A DNA stretch of 59,642 bases, counting the filler. It is 6 parts of 6 records of this genome, joined end to end, with 100 filler letters (N's around TTAATTAATTAA, not from the genome) between each part and the next. Parts side by side here need not be neighbours in the genome. Positions count along the whole stretch, not along the records: positions 34,812 to 41,119 come from SRR31156797_882; positions 41,220 to 53,088 come from SRR31156797_883; 4 more parts are not named here. One strand, given 5' to 3'. Positions 38,656 through 49,545 of the stretch are shown here, one piece after another; position 1 is the stretch's first letter, and every line of letters starts with the position of its first letter. The notes under the pieces were generated by a model, which saw nothing but the letters and a program-made list of their open reading frames with translations, searched no databases and had not been told where the DNA came from. Both the position numbers and the translations under genes were made by a program.

Positions 38656-39516
38656 TTATAAACCTACAATATCTTCTATAGCTGATTTGATATCTTTATG
38701 TTTGAATTGGAAACCACATTCTAAGAGTCTTTGTGGAACTACTTTTTGTCCATCAGTTAAAACCTTTGCACCCTCTCCAAAGATCAGATTTAATACAAAT
38801 TCTGGCACAGGTAAAAGAGTAGGGCGATGTAAAACATCTCCTAAGGTTTTTGTTAACTCATAGTTTGTAGTAGGAGTTGGAGCTGTAAGATTAAAAGCTC
38901 CTCTTAGATTGATATTTTCTATTAAAAACTCATAAGCTTTTAAAAGATCCTCTATATGGATAAAAGAGAAAGCTTGACTTCCATCCCCTATGGTACCTCC
39001 AACTCCTAGTTTAAATGGAGTCAACATCTTATTTAGTGCTCCACCATTTTCACCTAAAACTATCCCAAATCTAAATATAGCTGTTCTAATACCTAGATCT
39101 TCAGCTTTAAGAGCTTCATTTTCCCAGTCTTGACAAAGATTTGCTAAAAAGTCATTTGCATATTCATACTCATCTTCACTTTGCTCTTGTGCATTTGAAT
39201 AGATACCAACTGCTGAAGTTGAGATAAAAAGCTCAGGTTTTTTTTCTGCTTTTTCAAATGCTTTGATAAGTGAACTAGTGGTATCAAGTCTACTTGAATA
39301 AAGAAGTTTTTTATACTCTTCGCTCCATCTATTGATGATATTCGCTCCAGCTAGATTGATCACAATATCGGATGAGCCAACTATATGGCTAAGTGTCTCT
39401 ATATCTTTTAATTGTGATCTTTGTATCTTTGTTATTTCATACCCAAGTGCTTCAAAGTGTTTTGTAAGACTTGTCCCTACAAAACCACTTGCACCTGTTA
39501 TTGCTATTTGTTTCAT
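38656..39516 (-). CDS. TIGR01777/YfcH-like NAD-dependent epimerase family oxidoreductase
   Basis: ITGASGFVG, INLAGANI, SAVGIY, CQDWE, LHRP. Confidence 0.9.
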   Translation of the reverse strand: MKQIAITGASGFVGTSLTKHFEALGYEITKIQRSQLKDIETLSHIVGSSDIVINLAGANIINRWSEEYKKLLYSSRLDTTSSLIKAFEKAEKKPELFISTSAVGIYSNAQEQSEDEYEYANDFLANLCQDWENEALKAEDLGIRTAIFRFGIVLGENGGALNKMLTPFKLGVGGTIGDGSQAFSFIHIEDLLKAYEFLIENINLRGAFNLTAPTPTTNYELTKTLGDVLHRPTLLPVPEFVLNLIFGEGAKVLTDGQKVVPQRLLECGFQFKHKDIKSAIEDIVGL

Positions 39517-39757
39517 ACTATCCTCCTTTTGAGGTATTCATTCATATTATAATTCTATCAAAATTATAAAAGGTTTATAGATTAAAAATGTTATTTAATG
39601 TGATAAAAATGGAATATTTTAAATTTTGTATCAAAAAGGTAGTATATATAGGAAGTTTTTACTTATTCGTCACAATTAAAACAATTATTTTTTTCTTTTT
39701 TCTTAACTTTTAAGTCTATTTGTATAAAATAAACTAAATGTAAAATTTGGAGATACT

Positions 39758-41119
39758 TTGAAAATATTTAATACTCAATATACTGATAAAGATACTTTGA
39801 TCCAATTTATTCAAAACAATAATATTCCAAATACTCCTAAAGTCTTACTTCAAATCTTTACTGGAGTATTGGATAAAGAGTATATCGATACTTTATTACG
39901 CTCTATAAACACACAACTGCCAAATATTCATATCATAGGAGCTACTACAGATGGAGAGATACTTGAAGATCAAGTGTTAACTCACTCCACAGTGCTTTCT
40001 TTTATGGTTTTTGAAACAACAGAGATCAAGATATACCAAACTACTCCCCAGCGATCAGATTTTCAAACAGGGAAAACTCTTCTTCAAAAGTTTGATGACC
40101 TTCAAAATGCAAGATTAGCAATCGCCTTTGCTGATGGATTACATACCAATGGGGAAGTGTTTTTAAAAGCATTTTATAAGTATGCTCCACATCTCAAAGT
40201 TGCTGGTGGACTTGCTGGAGATAATGCAAGCTTTTTTAAAACATACCTTTTTACCAAAGATGGTATCATGGATTCTGGAGCAATTGCAGCAGTTTTATAT
40301 AACCCAAACTTGATCATCAATACCGCTTTTAGCTTTGGTTGGGATAAGATAGGAAAAGAGCTAATAGTGACACGTGCTATAGAAAATGTGGTTTATAGTA
40401 TAGATAATATGACTCCAACGCAAGTGTATAAAAAATATCTTGGCTCAGAGATAGAGAAAAAACTTCCAGCCACTGGGATAGAGTTTCCTTTGATCCTTGA
40501 AAAAAATGGACAAAAAGTAGCAAGAGCTGTGATCAATAAAAATCAAGATGGCTCATTAGTTTTTGCAGGAAATATCAAAACAGGAGATAAGGTATATCTA
40601 GGATATGGAAATATTGATCATATCTTAGAGAATAGATTTTATCTTTATGAACACTTATCAAAAAGCCCAATTGAGGGGATACTGATCTATTCATGTATGG
40701 CAAGAAAAAGGCTTTTAGCAGAAGAGGTTTTAAATGAAACAATCCCTTTAGCAAAAGTAGCTCCAACTGCAGGGTTTTTTACCTATGGGGAGTTTTACTA
40801 TCTTAATACAGATGAAGAGAAACGAAATAATAACCTACTGAATGAAACCATGACAGTTCTTACTCTTAGTGAAAGTGAAACAGCAGTTATAAATATCAAA
40901 GACAAAAGTAAACAGAATACTACGGAAAATATTCAAACTGTACGAGCACTTTCCCATCTTATCTCCCAAACCTCAAAAGAGCTAAATGAGCTTAATAAAA
41001 CCCTCTCAGATCAAGTTCAAGAACAAATCGAAGAGATAAGAAAAAAAAAGATGGTTTTATATGAACAATCAAAAAATGCAGCCATAGGAGAGATGATAGG
41101 AAATATCGCCCACCAATGG
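39758..41119 (+). CDS. FIST-domain sensor histidine kinase (3' truncated)
   Basis: GATTDGEI, GGLAGD, YSCMAR, GFFTYGE, LNET FIST motifs; ends in GNIAHQW H-box at the contig edge. Confidence 0.88.
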
Positions 41120-41219
41120 NNNNNNNNNNNNNNNNNNNNNNNNNNNNNNNNNNNNNNNNNNNNTTAATTAATTAANNNNNNNNNNNNNNNNNNNNNNNNN
41201 NNNNNNNNNNNNNNNNNNN
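41120..41219. other. Artificial contig linker
   Basis: Same linker. Confidence 0.98.
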
Positions 41220-41309
<90 letters not shown>

Positions 41310-41344
41310 CTCTCAAGTCAATTAGTCTCTTAAGTCTTAAAAAA

Positions 41345-41971
41345 CTAATACCCCCCTTGCAATGCTTCCATTGTGGTCATCTCATAACCTTCAGGAATTA
41401 CAAATAAAGTAACAGATAGCGATTTTTTCTCCACTACAGTTGCCACAAGCTCAACATCAATTCCACTATTTTTTGCGGTATATTGAAGAGGCAGACCTTT
41501 CACATAATTCAAATCTTTGTTCACATTAGGAATTTCCTCCGTAAAATATAATTCTGATGTTACTTTATTACCATCCATATCTAAAGTAATAACAGTAGCC
41601 TTTTGGCACTTGTAACCGGCAATGGTTTTGTACTCCTCATGATAGGTAACTTCAGGGGTACTTATTTGAGCATCTTCTTTCGCAATTTTTACAGCTTTAC
41701 GCATACCCATCATATCCATAAGCATAATATACTCTGAAGCATTTTGATCAATTAGAAATGCCTGTGTACCCATAGCCATAGGCGTTTCTATGCGACTCTT
41801 AGCACCTTTAATATAAATGATAGTTTGCTTTGGTAGCATAGCAGAAAACTGCTGCATTTCCGTCGGAATATTTGAATAGGTCATATCGTAAGTAATAGTA
41901 CCTTCAAAATCATCTTGTGCAAATAGCGAGAACGATATCAAAGCCATTAAGGCAAATAGTAAATTTTTCAT
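41345..41971 (-). CDS. Secreted DUF4412/GLPGLI-like protein
   Basis: Signal peptide ending FAQ, FEGTITY, KTIAGYKCQKA, GLPL, FVIPEGY; typical of Bacteroidota. Confidence 0.75.
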   Translation of the reverse strand: MKNLLFALMALISFSLFAQDDFEGTITYDMTYSNIPTEMQQFSAMLPKQTIIYIKGAKSRIETPMAMGTQAFLIDQNASEYIMLMDMMGMRKAVKIAKEDAQISTPEVTYHEEYKTIAGYKCQKATVITLDMDGNKVTSELYFTEEIPNVNKDLNYVKGLPLQYTAKNSGIDVELVATVVEKKSLSVTLFVIPEGYEMTTMEALQGGY

Positions 41972-42123
41972 TTTTTGAGTATTAAGGTTGTTGCCAACTG
42001 ATTTTTAAAACTTAAAAATATAAATTTTAATTGAATGGGTTGCGGATATGTGTAAAATCAATTTGTTGAGTCTACTCGCGCAAAAAAACATTTCGGCACG
42101 GTCCAGTTTAGCGTAGGTAAGGT

Positions 42124-42216
42124 GCACGGATTACAACCGATCCGCCAGTTGGCGGAGAGCTTAACGAAGCTAACCGACTGAAAGGAGCTCGACGAAGTCA
42201 AATCCGCTCGAACGGG
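42124..42216. repeat. GC-rich composite REP-like element
   Basis: Outer CGGATT...AATCCG arms; TCCGCC-agtt-GGCGGA hairpin; two AACCGA...GAGCT..ACGAAG units. Confidence 0.55.
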
Positions 42217-42675
42217 TTATTCATTTAGCAAATCCTCAATAAATATATTATGCTCATAAAAATAGTCTGGGTCTTTATCTAATTTCCGGCTAATTATTTC
42301 AAAACCACCATTAGCATATTCATCAATAATTCTTGTAATATCATTACATTTCTCAATAAGCCCCATATCGTCTTGGATATTTTTATTAAACTTTCCGATT
42401 GCCATTACAATTAACGACTTTAAAATGTCAGGAGCTTGATTATTAATTACACTATACCTAAAAACATCAGAATCATAAGCTTCTGTTATTGGTTCACGCC
42501 TGTCATTAACAAAACCAATTATTGTTGCCCATGCAAAAGGTTGCCAGTATTGATTAAAGAATTTTCGGTCACCACCTTCCTCTGCCTGTTTTCTACTTAA
42601 CTTTTCAATAATTTTTTCCTTGTAATCTTTTCTGATTTTAGGACTATAAGAAATAATATCGTTAATTATGCTCAT
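42217..42675 (-). CDS. PbeD-like / dnd-associated small protein
   Basis: FAWATIIGF and DEYANGGFEII motifs; last gene after the ATPase. Confidence 0.7.
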   Translation of the reverse strand: MSIINDIISYSPKIRKDYKEKIIEKLSRKQAEEGGDRKFFNQYWQPFAWATIIGFVNDRREPITEAYDSDVFRYSVINNQAPDILKSLIVMAIGKFNKNIQDDMGLIEKCNDITRIIDEYANGGFEIISRKLDKDPDYFYEHNIFIEDLLNE

Positions 42676-42676
42676 A

Positions 42677-44830
42677 TTAAATGATTTTCTTTAAACTACT
42701 ATATGAATTTGATTCTGTTAAATCTGATGTTGCACCATCTTTTTCAATAATGTAAACATTTTTAAAATCAAACTCTTTTAATGAAGATTTATCTACAATG
42801 TTTTGACCGTCTTTATAAGTAAATAAATCTTTAGTCATCACAATGCTTTGCTCAAACTCTTCATCAAGAATTTTATAATACAGTTTTGTAGTACCATCAT
42901 CTAATGCGGATGTAGGTGCATCAGAAATAAAAGGATAGGATTTATTTTTATACTCGTTAGATATAAGAACAATAGCATTGATTATGCACATCTTCATAAG
43001 AGTAACATGACCTGTGTTTATATCACGATTGTTGTTTTCATTGTCTAAATCAATAAGTTTTATAATATAACTATCTCTATCAATTAATATCCTTCCATTG
43101 ATTACTTTGTTTGCTTTAGTTGTTTTAGCCAATATCTCATTTGCTTTATCTTCTATTCTAGTAATCAATTTATTAAACTCGGTTTCTTTGGTTTTGATAT
43201 AAATATCTTGAATTTCATATAAGTAAGTTAGAATCTTTTCTTCCTTATATTCTTTATTTGTTTTTGTTGGTATTTTATCTAATTCTTCCTTTTTACGCTT
43301 TAAATCCTGTTTGTGCCGATAAATATTATCATTTAAGTTTTTTATTTTGCTTTTGATAATATCCTTTTCTTTGATATTGTAATTGTACTTATTCTTCTCT
43401 AAAGAAAAACTATCGATTATTTTATTACCATGCTTTTCCTGAAGTAAAGTTATTTCATCATTTAGCTCATTGATTTTAGCCAAAATTTCATTTTTTCTGT
43501 TGTTAAGTTCCTTGTTTTTCTGAAGGTTATTAACGATATCTGATTTAATTGATTTAACCTTTGCTAGTAAAGTTGGTTTATTTGAAAGAATATCAACTAC
43601 TTTATTGTTAATTGCTAGCTGTTCTCTGTTTTTTTGTCTAAATTCTTCAATTTCACCAGTCGCTATTTTATATCTATTCTGTATATTTTTAAATGCATCA
43701 CTTTCTTTATCAAATTTTTCCCCACAAATATAGCATTCCAAATTGTCTAACATTTCTTTTAAATATTTTGGGTCTGGTATGTTATATGGAAGACCAGTAG
43801 GATTATTATTCTGATTTTCCTCAAACCACTTTTGGAAAGAGTGCAATTTATCAAAACCAGCATTCATTAATGCATCAGTTCCAAACAATACCCAATGTTT
43901 AGAGAATAAATTGCTTACATTTTTGTCATAAGACTCAATCTCTTCGAAAACAAATTTTCTTTCTCTCTCTAACCTGTCCTTTTTATTTTTTAATTCGATG
44001 AACTCATTAATATCGTCAAGCCTTTTGTCAATATCATCAATAACTTTTTCTATTTGTTGTAACTCTGTATTCGCATTATCTAAATTCTCCTGGAATTCGG
44101 GGAGCTTCCTTTCGAGATTGTCAATTTCATAGCTTATTCTATTAAACTCCCTTTCGTTAGAAGTATCTCTTTTTTTCTCCTTTCTTAAAGTCTTTTCAAT
44201 TTTATCAATTAATTGCTCAACAATCGTAATGTTTTTATCATAGTAGCCAATATATGAGATGTAGTTAATTGCATCTTTAAAAGACTTCCCATTACTTATA
44301 TCTATCAATTCATTTAAAGTCTCACCTTGAAACCAGATGTATTTACTTATTTCTTTTGGAAGAAGCTTTTTTACAATATAATCTCTCGCCTCAAAATGGT
44401 TGTCAATATTAATTCTGTTGCCTTCAGAATTATCGAATGAAACAATTAATTCCTCATTTAAGAATTGCCAATTCTTTTCTGAGTTGTAATCTTCGTCATT
44501 CTTTTTCTTGATTTCAAAACACCTACAAACAGTGTAGTCCTTATCACTTTTTACATTTAGTACAACTTCAGCTTTAACTTTGTTATTTTCTAATGCATCC
44601 TTTAAAGATTTCTTATTAAATATTGAAAGGAAGTTAGAAGAATCAATACTGCACCAACCGTTTTCAGTCCTGTATATTTCCCCAAAAAAGTTCCAATAAA
44701 ATGCATTAAATAATTTTGATTTGCCAGCACCGATTGTGCCTAATAATAAATTTAGGTTCTTATTTAAATTTATTGAACTTCGGTCAAAATATGATTGAAA
44801 GTTTTCAATAGTTATTTTAGTCAAATGCAT
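42677..44830 (-). CDS. PbeC-like SMC/Rad50-type ATPase
   Basis: ITIENFQSY, Walker A GTIGAGKS, FQGE Q-loop, coiled coils, CYICG hook, Walker B ISDAP. Confidence 0.85.
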   Translation of the reverse strand: MHLTKITIENFQSYFDRSSINLNKNLNLLLGTIGAGKSKLFNAFYWNFFGEIYRTENGWCSIDSSNFLSIFNKKSLKDALENNKVKAEVVLNVKSDKDYTVCRCFEIKKKNDEDYNSEKNWQFLNEELIVSFDNSEGNRINIDNHFEARDYIVKKLLPKEISKYIWFQGETLNELIDISNGKSFKDAINYISYIGYYDKNITIVEQLIDKIEKTLRKEKKRDTSNEREFNRISYEIDNLERKLPEFQENLDNANTELQQIEKVIDDIDKRLDDINEFIELKNKKDRLERERKFVFEEIESYDKNVSNLFSKHWVLFGTDALMNAGFDKLHSFQKWFEENQNNNPTGLPYNIPDPKYLKEMLDNLECYICGEKFDKESDAFKNIQNRYKIATGEIEEFRQKNREQLAINNKVVDILSNKPTLLAKVKSIKSDIVNNLQKNKELNNRKNEILAKINELNDEITLLQEKHGNKIIDSFSLEKNKYNYNIKEKDIIKSKIKNLNDNIYRHKQDLKRKKEELDKIPTKTNKEYKEEKILTYLYEIQDIYIKTKETEFNKLITRIEDKANEILAKTTKANKVINGRILIDRDSYIIKLIDLDNENNNRDINTGHVTLMKMCIINAIVLISNEYKNKSYPFISDAPTSALDDGTTKLYYKILDEEFEQSIVMTKDLFTYKDGQNIVDKSSLKEFDFKNVYIIEKDGATSDLTESNSYSSLKKII

Positions 44831-44839
44831 ATTCTAAAA

Positions 44840-45034
44840 TTATTTGGTAAATAAGTCGTAAAGTTTATTTTCAACATAGTTAATAGCGTCTCTGTCTGTT
44901 TTTTCATTATCAAATGCTCTTACAGATTGATAGACTATCAGCTTATTTATTTGACTAAGTTTTTTATTATCCAGGTTATCTTTTTCTTGAAACAAATTGC
45001 TTATTTCTTGAATGATTTTTTCCTCTATTTCCAT
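44840..45034 (-). CDS. PbeB-like small protein
   Basis: 64 aa between helicase and ATPase with 4- and 9-bp gaps; assigned by synteny. Confidence 0.6.
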   Translation of the reverse strand: MEIEEKIIQEISNLFQEKDNLDNKKLSQINKLIVYQSVRAFDNEKTDRDAINYVENKLYDLFTK

Positions 45035-45038
45035 ATCG

Positions 45039-47288
45039 TTATTGGTTACAAATATTGTCAATGTTCAAATTGTCTTCAATGAGAGAGATTAAATCGATAC
45101 TATATTTAATTGCAAGCTCGCCCAATTTCCCATTTAAGACCTGATGTCTATTTTCAGCTGCATAAAGAAAATTCGCTACTCTTCGTAATTCATTTTGGAA
45201 GATTCTAATCTCCATGTCTTTTAAATCCTGTGGGAGAGAATCAATAAAACTTTCTTGAGGGGCAACAATAATATCATAAATATTAGCATAGTTCTTACCT
45301 TCAGACTTTCTTAGTACACGACCTCTTCTTTGGATGTACTGTCTTGGATTGCCTGTACTTGCACAAAAAATTGCATTTTTTGTAACTGGTATATCAACAC
45401 CCTCATCTAAAATTTTCATAGCAAGTAGTACATCAATTTTTCCATTCGCAAATTGGTTAAGCACTCGTTCTCTATTGGGAGTACCTGATAATAATTCATG
45501 AGTCGAATACCCAAATGCCCTTATCGCTTCACCATATTTCCTAATCAATCTTCTTTCATCATTGTCATATGAGATTATATCTGCACTAGAAAAATCAGTA
45601 TCCTGACCTTCTGGAACATATACGAATGTGTATTTAAGATTCTTCTCCTTATTATTAACATCTATAAAAATATCTTGAAGAATTTTGATTTTATTTTCCG
45701 CTTTATTGATTATTCTTTTTCGTTCTATTAAAAGCCTTTTCCCATAATCATTAAATTCTCCTTTCTTTGAGTCATAATTAAGAATTAATTTTTCAGATAT
45801 TGTTTTGTAATCAATCAACTCTTCTTCGTTAAGAGAAGCAAAATAAGGATAGTAATAGTATTGAACTAAACTTGCATGTTCAGCATTTATCGCTTTATAC
45901 ATTGAGTATGAATAGGTATAACATGGAGGATATGAATTAAAATATTCATATATTTTGTCAGAGCCATAATCATCATAGATTCTTTCCGGGGTAGCAGATA
46001 AGCCTATTCTCTTGTTGATTTTACCTGGAAGGTTTTTTAAACTTTGAGATGCTCCCAAATTATGAGCTTCGTCCGCAATAAGTATAAAATTCTCCCAACC
46101 CTTTTTCTTAGAAAGTTTTCTAAATTTATTACCGTTGTAACTTTGATAAGTAGAAATGAATATCAAGCTATCATTTAATCCTAATTGTATATTTAAAAAA
46201 TGATTACTTAAGATGTTAAACCATTCCTTTTCTTGAGTTGAATGAATATTTTGAAAGTTAAACTTATTTACTTCACTAATCCACTGTGAAACTAAGGCTC
46301 TAGTGGGGACTAAAACTAATACATTATAGTTCCCAGATTTTTTAAATTCTTCAAGAACACAATTTAAAGATGTAATTGTCTTTCCTGTGCCAGTTGCCAT
46401 AGCAAAAATACCTTGGCAGTTATTTTTTGTCCAATTCTCGTAAGCTTTATTCTGATAATCTCTAGGACCTTGTGAGAATGGAAATTTTGGTGATAAATTC
46501 TTCTTGTTCAACTTGTTATGAATTTCAGCAACTTTTATTTTAATGCTTTCAGGATATTCCGATGATTCTTCACTTAATTCTTTCATCTCATCAAGTAAAT
46601 CAAATGAATTATTAACTGAGAATGAATCCCGAATGGTGGTTTTGACTTTACTTATAGGGATTATTTTAATGTTCTTAGCTTCACCAGTCCATGCTTTTAG
46701 AAATACATTTTCAAAATATTCTAGCCTTTCGGTGTCGCTCTTACTACTAGACCAAGATTTGTAACAGCTTATTGACTCAATATTATTTAGTAAAGCATTG
46801 CGTGAAAAATTGGCAGAGCCATTAAATACAACTTTATTATTTGCCTCGTCTGTAAATACTCCAAATTTGTTATGAGCAATTCCTCCTTTTTCATTTGATG
46901 GTATTGTCGCAATAAATTCAATTCTATTCTTTGAAATTAAATAAGATAAACATTTAAAAAAATGAGTATTGCGTTTTGAAAATGTTTTGGTTAATGTATT
47001 TAAGTCAGATAAAACATTTTTTTCTATCGTATCAACTTCATTTTTAATCCCCTTTTCAATAGCTTTTTTATCTTCAGGAGATAATACATCATTAATAATG
47101 ATTCTCATTTTGCCTCCCCGATGAATAAAATAAGCAAAACCAGCACTTAAAACATTTATCGCAGATGAACTAAAATAACCTAATCCCAAATCGAAACTTA
47201 TGCTTTCCATAAGAGCATCGAAGAAAAACTCAATGGGTTCGTTTTCTCCCGTGGAATAGACTATATGAAATGGGATGTCTTTTAGCAT
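45039..47288 (-). CDS. PbeA-like PLD-nuclease/SF2 helicase (phosphorothioation-associated restriction component)
   Basis: GYFSSS, PLD HNK...GSAN, MATGTGKT, DEAH, SAT, LDEGVDIP, QRRGRVLR. Confidence 0.88.
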   Translation of the reverse strand: MLKDIPFHIVYSTGENEPIEFFFDALMESISFDLGLGYFSSSAINVLSAGFAYFIHRGGKMRIIINDVLSPEDKKAIEKGIKNEVDTIEKNVLSDLNTLTKTFSKRNTHFFKCLSYLISKNRIEFIATIPSNEKGGIAHNKFGVFTDEANNKVVFNGSANFSRNALLNNIESISCYKSWSSSKSDTERLEYFENVFLKAWTGEAKNIKIIPISKVKTTIRDSFSVNNSFDLLDEMKELSEESSEYPESIKIKVAEIHNKLNKKNLSPKFPFSQGPRDYQNKAYENWTKNNCQGIFAMATGTGKTITSLNCVLEEFKKSGNYNVLVLVPTRALVSQWISEVNKFNFQNIHSTQEKEWFNILSNHFLNIQLGLNDSLIFISTYQSYNGNKFRKLSKKKGWENFILIADEAHNLGASQSLKNLPGKINKRIGLSATPERIYDDYGSDKIYEYFNSYPPCYTYSYSMYKAINAEHASLVQYYYYPYFASLNEEELIDYKTISEKLILNYDSKKGEFNDYGKRLLIERKRIINKAENKIKILQDIFIDVNNKEKNLKYTFVYVPEGQDTDFSSADIISYDNDERRLIRKYGEAIRAFGYSTHELLSGTPNRERVLNQFANGKIDVLLAMKILDEGVDIPVTKNAIFCASTGNPRQYIQRRGRVLRKSEGKNYANIYDIIVAPQESFIDSLPQDLKDMEIRIFQNELRRVANFLYAAENRHQVLNGKLGELAIKYSIDLISLIEDNLNIDNICNQ

Positions 47289-48643
47289 TAATTATCTTGT
47301 TCTTTAATGTTAATACTGTTCCATTCTTTGTATTCTTTTAGATATTTTTCTTTAAAAGTTTCCTCAAAAACAGAATATGATGTACAATCAAAGAATGAAA
47401 TTCCTTCAATAAATGCCTCTTTTATTTTAGAAATACTTCCAGCACTTCCTTGTCCACTAAATGGTTCTAGGTCAACGTTCTCTATTCCTTCTAAATATGA
47501 TTTTAAACTATCCTTATCCAATTTAATTAACTTGGCAGCATCTTTTTCAAATTTCTCAATAAAAAGTATTGGGAATAATAGTTGTAGAGCTTTAATCAAT
47601 GCAGCAACTCCCATTCCTTTAGATAAAATACTTTCATTTGGTTCATTCCAATCATCTCGTAGCTCTTTTACAGCATTAAAAAAGCGCATGATAAATTTTA
47701 CAATTTCAATTTGTAAATCTTTGTGTATGAAGTAATATAGGAAGCAAGGTTGGTATAAGCTATTGATCGACTTTTTGGATATTGTTTTAATTAATTCATC
47801 AATAATAAATGCTTGCGAAATAGAATATAAATAACGACCCTCTGCATTTTTAGGTATTTTGCCTAGCATTTTAATTCTATGGTGAAATGGACTCTTTTCA
47901 TATTCATTCAGAAGTCTAGTGAAATTGTGTAAAACAGTAATCTCATCAATTTCATCACTAAACTCACCCATCAGGTGATATAAAATAGATTTATTTACTG
48001 GTTTTTGTTCATAGTTAATTGTGTAAAATTGTTGGGCGACAATAGCTCGATCAAATCCAATGAATAGTGATAATAAGATTTCATATTCAAAATTATCATC
48101 ATTTTCAACAGTCTTAAAATACTCCTTTAATCCTTCTAATCTATGTTGCCCATCAATAACTAAAATTGACTTTCCAACGATAGGTATAAAAACGTGTTGC
48201 TTATTCTCTAATTGAACAAAATAAGAGGCAGTTGTACTTTCATTTCCTGAGTTTGAAGTTATGAAATCTCCAATTTCTTCATCTTCTGGTATTTCGATAC
48301 ATTCTATTGTACAGATAATTGTATTTGGGAAGAATGCATATTCATTAGTATTTATATAATCTTTAATCTTTTTTACCCGGCTTGTATCTTTATCCCTTTG
48401 AAAATCAGTTTGCTTTTTTTTATTCCTTACAATAGTATCATAATAGTCTTTTTCATCAATATTTTTCTCAGCTAATTCCGAATACTTCTTAATATCATAC
48501 TCAGCTGGACTCACAGTAAACATTTCTACTATCTGCTTCGCTGGTGCTTTTGCAATATGAAAAAAATGTTCTTTTTGATTTACTTTTATTATTTCTAATG
48601 AAAGAAAATTGACTCCATTTATATTTAATATTTTGCTATTCAT
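47288..48643 (-). CDS. DGQHR-domain (DndB-related) protein
   Basis: FQR, FPNTII, VIDGQHRL, FYTINYEQKPV. Confidence 0.9.
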   Translation of the reverse strand: MNSKILNINGVNFLSLEIIKVNQKEHFFHIAKAPAKQIVEMFTVSPAEYDIKKYSELAEKNIDEKDYYDTIVRNKKKQTDFQRDKDTSRVKKIKDYINTNEYAFFPNTIICTIECIEIPEDEEIGDFITSNSGNESTTASYFVQLENKQHVFIPIVGKSILVIDGQHRLEGLKEYFKTVENDDNFEYEILLSLFIGFDRAIVAQQFYTINYEQKPVNKSILYHLMGEFSDEIDEITVLHNFTRLLNEYEKSPFHHRIKMLGKIPKNAEGRYLYSISQAFIIDELIKTISKKSINSLYQPCFLYYFIHKDLQIEIVKFIMRFFNAVKELRDDWNEPNESILSKGMGVAALIKALQLLFPILFIEKFEKDAAKLIKLDKDSLKSYLEGIENVDLEPFSGQGSAGSISKIKEAFIEGISFFDCTSYSVFEETFKEKYLKEYKEWNSINIKEQDN

Positions 48644-49148
48644 CTTCTTCTTTTACTTTAATAAAAAACTCATTGTATGCATTAGTCTGCTTAATAGATT
48701 GTATCATTTTTTGCTGATGTTTCTTGTCACTTGAAATATCTTTATCAGCATTAGCAATTATCCAAATAATTATAGAAATAATAAAACCAGAAATAGCTGG
48801 GAGTAACGATATTGAACTACTTAATAAAACAGATAATGCAAATAAAATTAATACTATTAGTAGAGATAAAATTGCATAGACAATTAAACTTGCCCTATTA
48901 AGAAAACTATATGATAATTGCAGATCTATTGTAGAAGCAACAATTGTTGCAATAAAAAATGTAGATAAAGAAATTGATATGCTCTGAATATAACCAGAAG
49001 AAATTTTTAAAAGCGGAACAATCACTGCAATAGCAACTAATAATAACAATAATATGAATAAACCTATAAACACGGATTGTTTCCATGGTGTTGTGAGTTT
49101 ATCCTTAACCTCACTCCAAAAACTATTATTCTTTTTTTGCTTATCCAT
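48636..49148 (-). CDS. Uncharacterised 4-TM membrane protein
   Basis: Four hydrophobic segments, charged termini; 4-bp gap from dndE, 8-bp overlap with the DGQHR gene. Confidence 0.8.
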   Translation of the reverse strand: MDKQKKNNSFWSEVKDKLTTPWKQSVFIGLFILLLLLVAIAVIVPLLKISSGYIQSISISLSTFFIATIVASTIDLQLSYSFLNRASLIVYAILSLLIVLILFALSVLLSSSISLLPAISGFIISIIIWIIANADKDISSDKKHQQKMIQSIKQTNAYNEFFIKVKEEDE

Positions 49149-49152
49149 GCTA

Positions 49153-49545
49153 TTATATTTTATTTAATCCTTCTTCTATTTTTTCAATAACAAAATCAAA
49201 TCCATCCAAATTTGGGTTTTCTTCTAATTCTTCATTTATCAATTCTAAACCATCATCAATATGCATCTTGATATATTTCGGAATGTCCTTATCCGTTTTA
49301 TATAAACCATAATGAACACATGCCAAAGAAACATAATAAGGAAGGTTGTTGCCAAAAAGAACAGCCTTACTATATTCTTTGCCTTGTGAATTTTTTATTT
49401 CAGATAAATCCAAAATTCTTTCCCGAGACAATGAATATGTATATGCAATTCTGGCAATTATATTTTCAGTTCCCAGATTAAGTTTCCTGGTAAGTTTTGA
49501 TACCAGTTCCCGATTTTCTTTTGAGGTTTTAATGTGTGTGAACAT
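49153..49545 (-). CDS. dndE: DNA sulfur modification protein DndE
   Basis: ENIIARIAYTYSL, GKEY, HIDDGL; follows dndD. Confidence 0.85.
   Translation of the reverse strand: MFTHIKTSKENRELVSKLTRKLNLGTENIIARIAYTYSLSRERILDLSEIKNSQGKEYSKAVLFGNNLPYYVSLACVHYGLYKTDKDIPKYIKMHIDDGLELINEELEENPNLDGFDFVIEKIEEGLNKI

Noticed and set aside
41041-41049. A9 run in the FIST kinase as a phase-variation tract
   Set aside because: The frame stays open into the H-box, and A-runs are common in this AT-rich DNA
47288-48643. Assigning the symbol dndB
   Set aside because: DGQHR is shared by a broad family, and position and length differ from canonical dndB, so it is left unnamed
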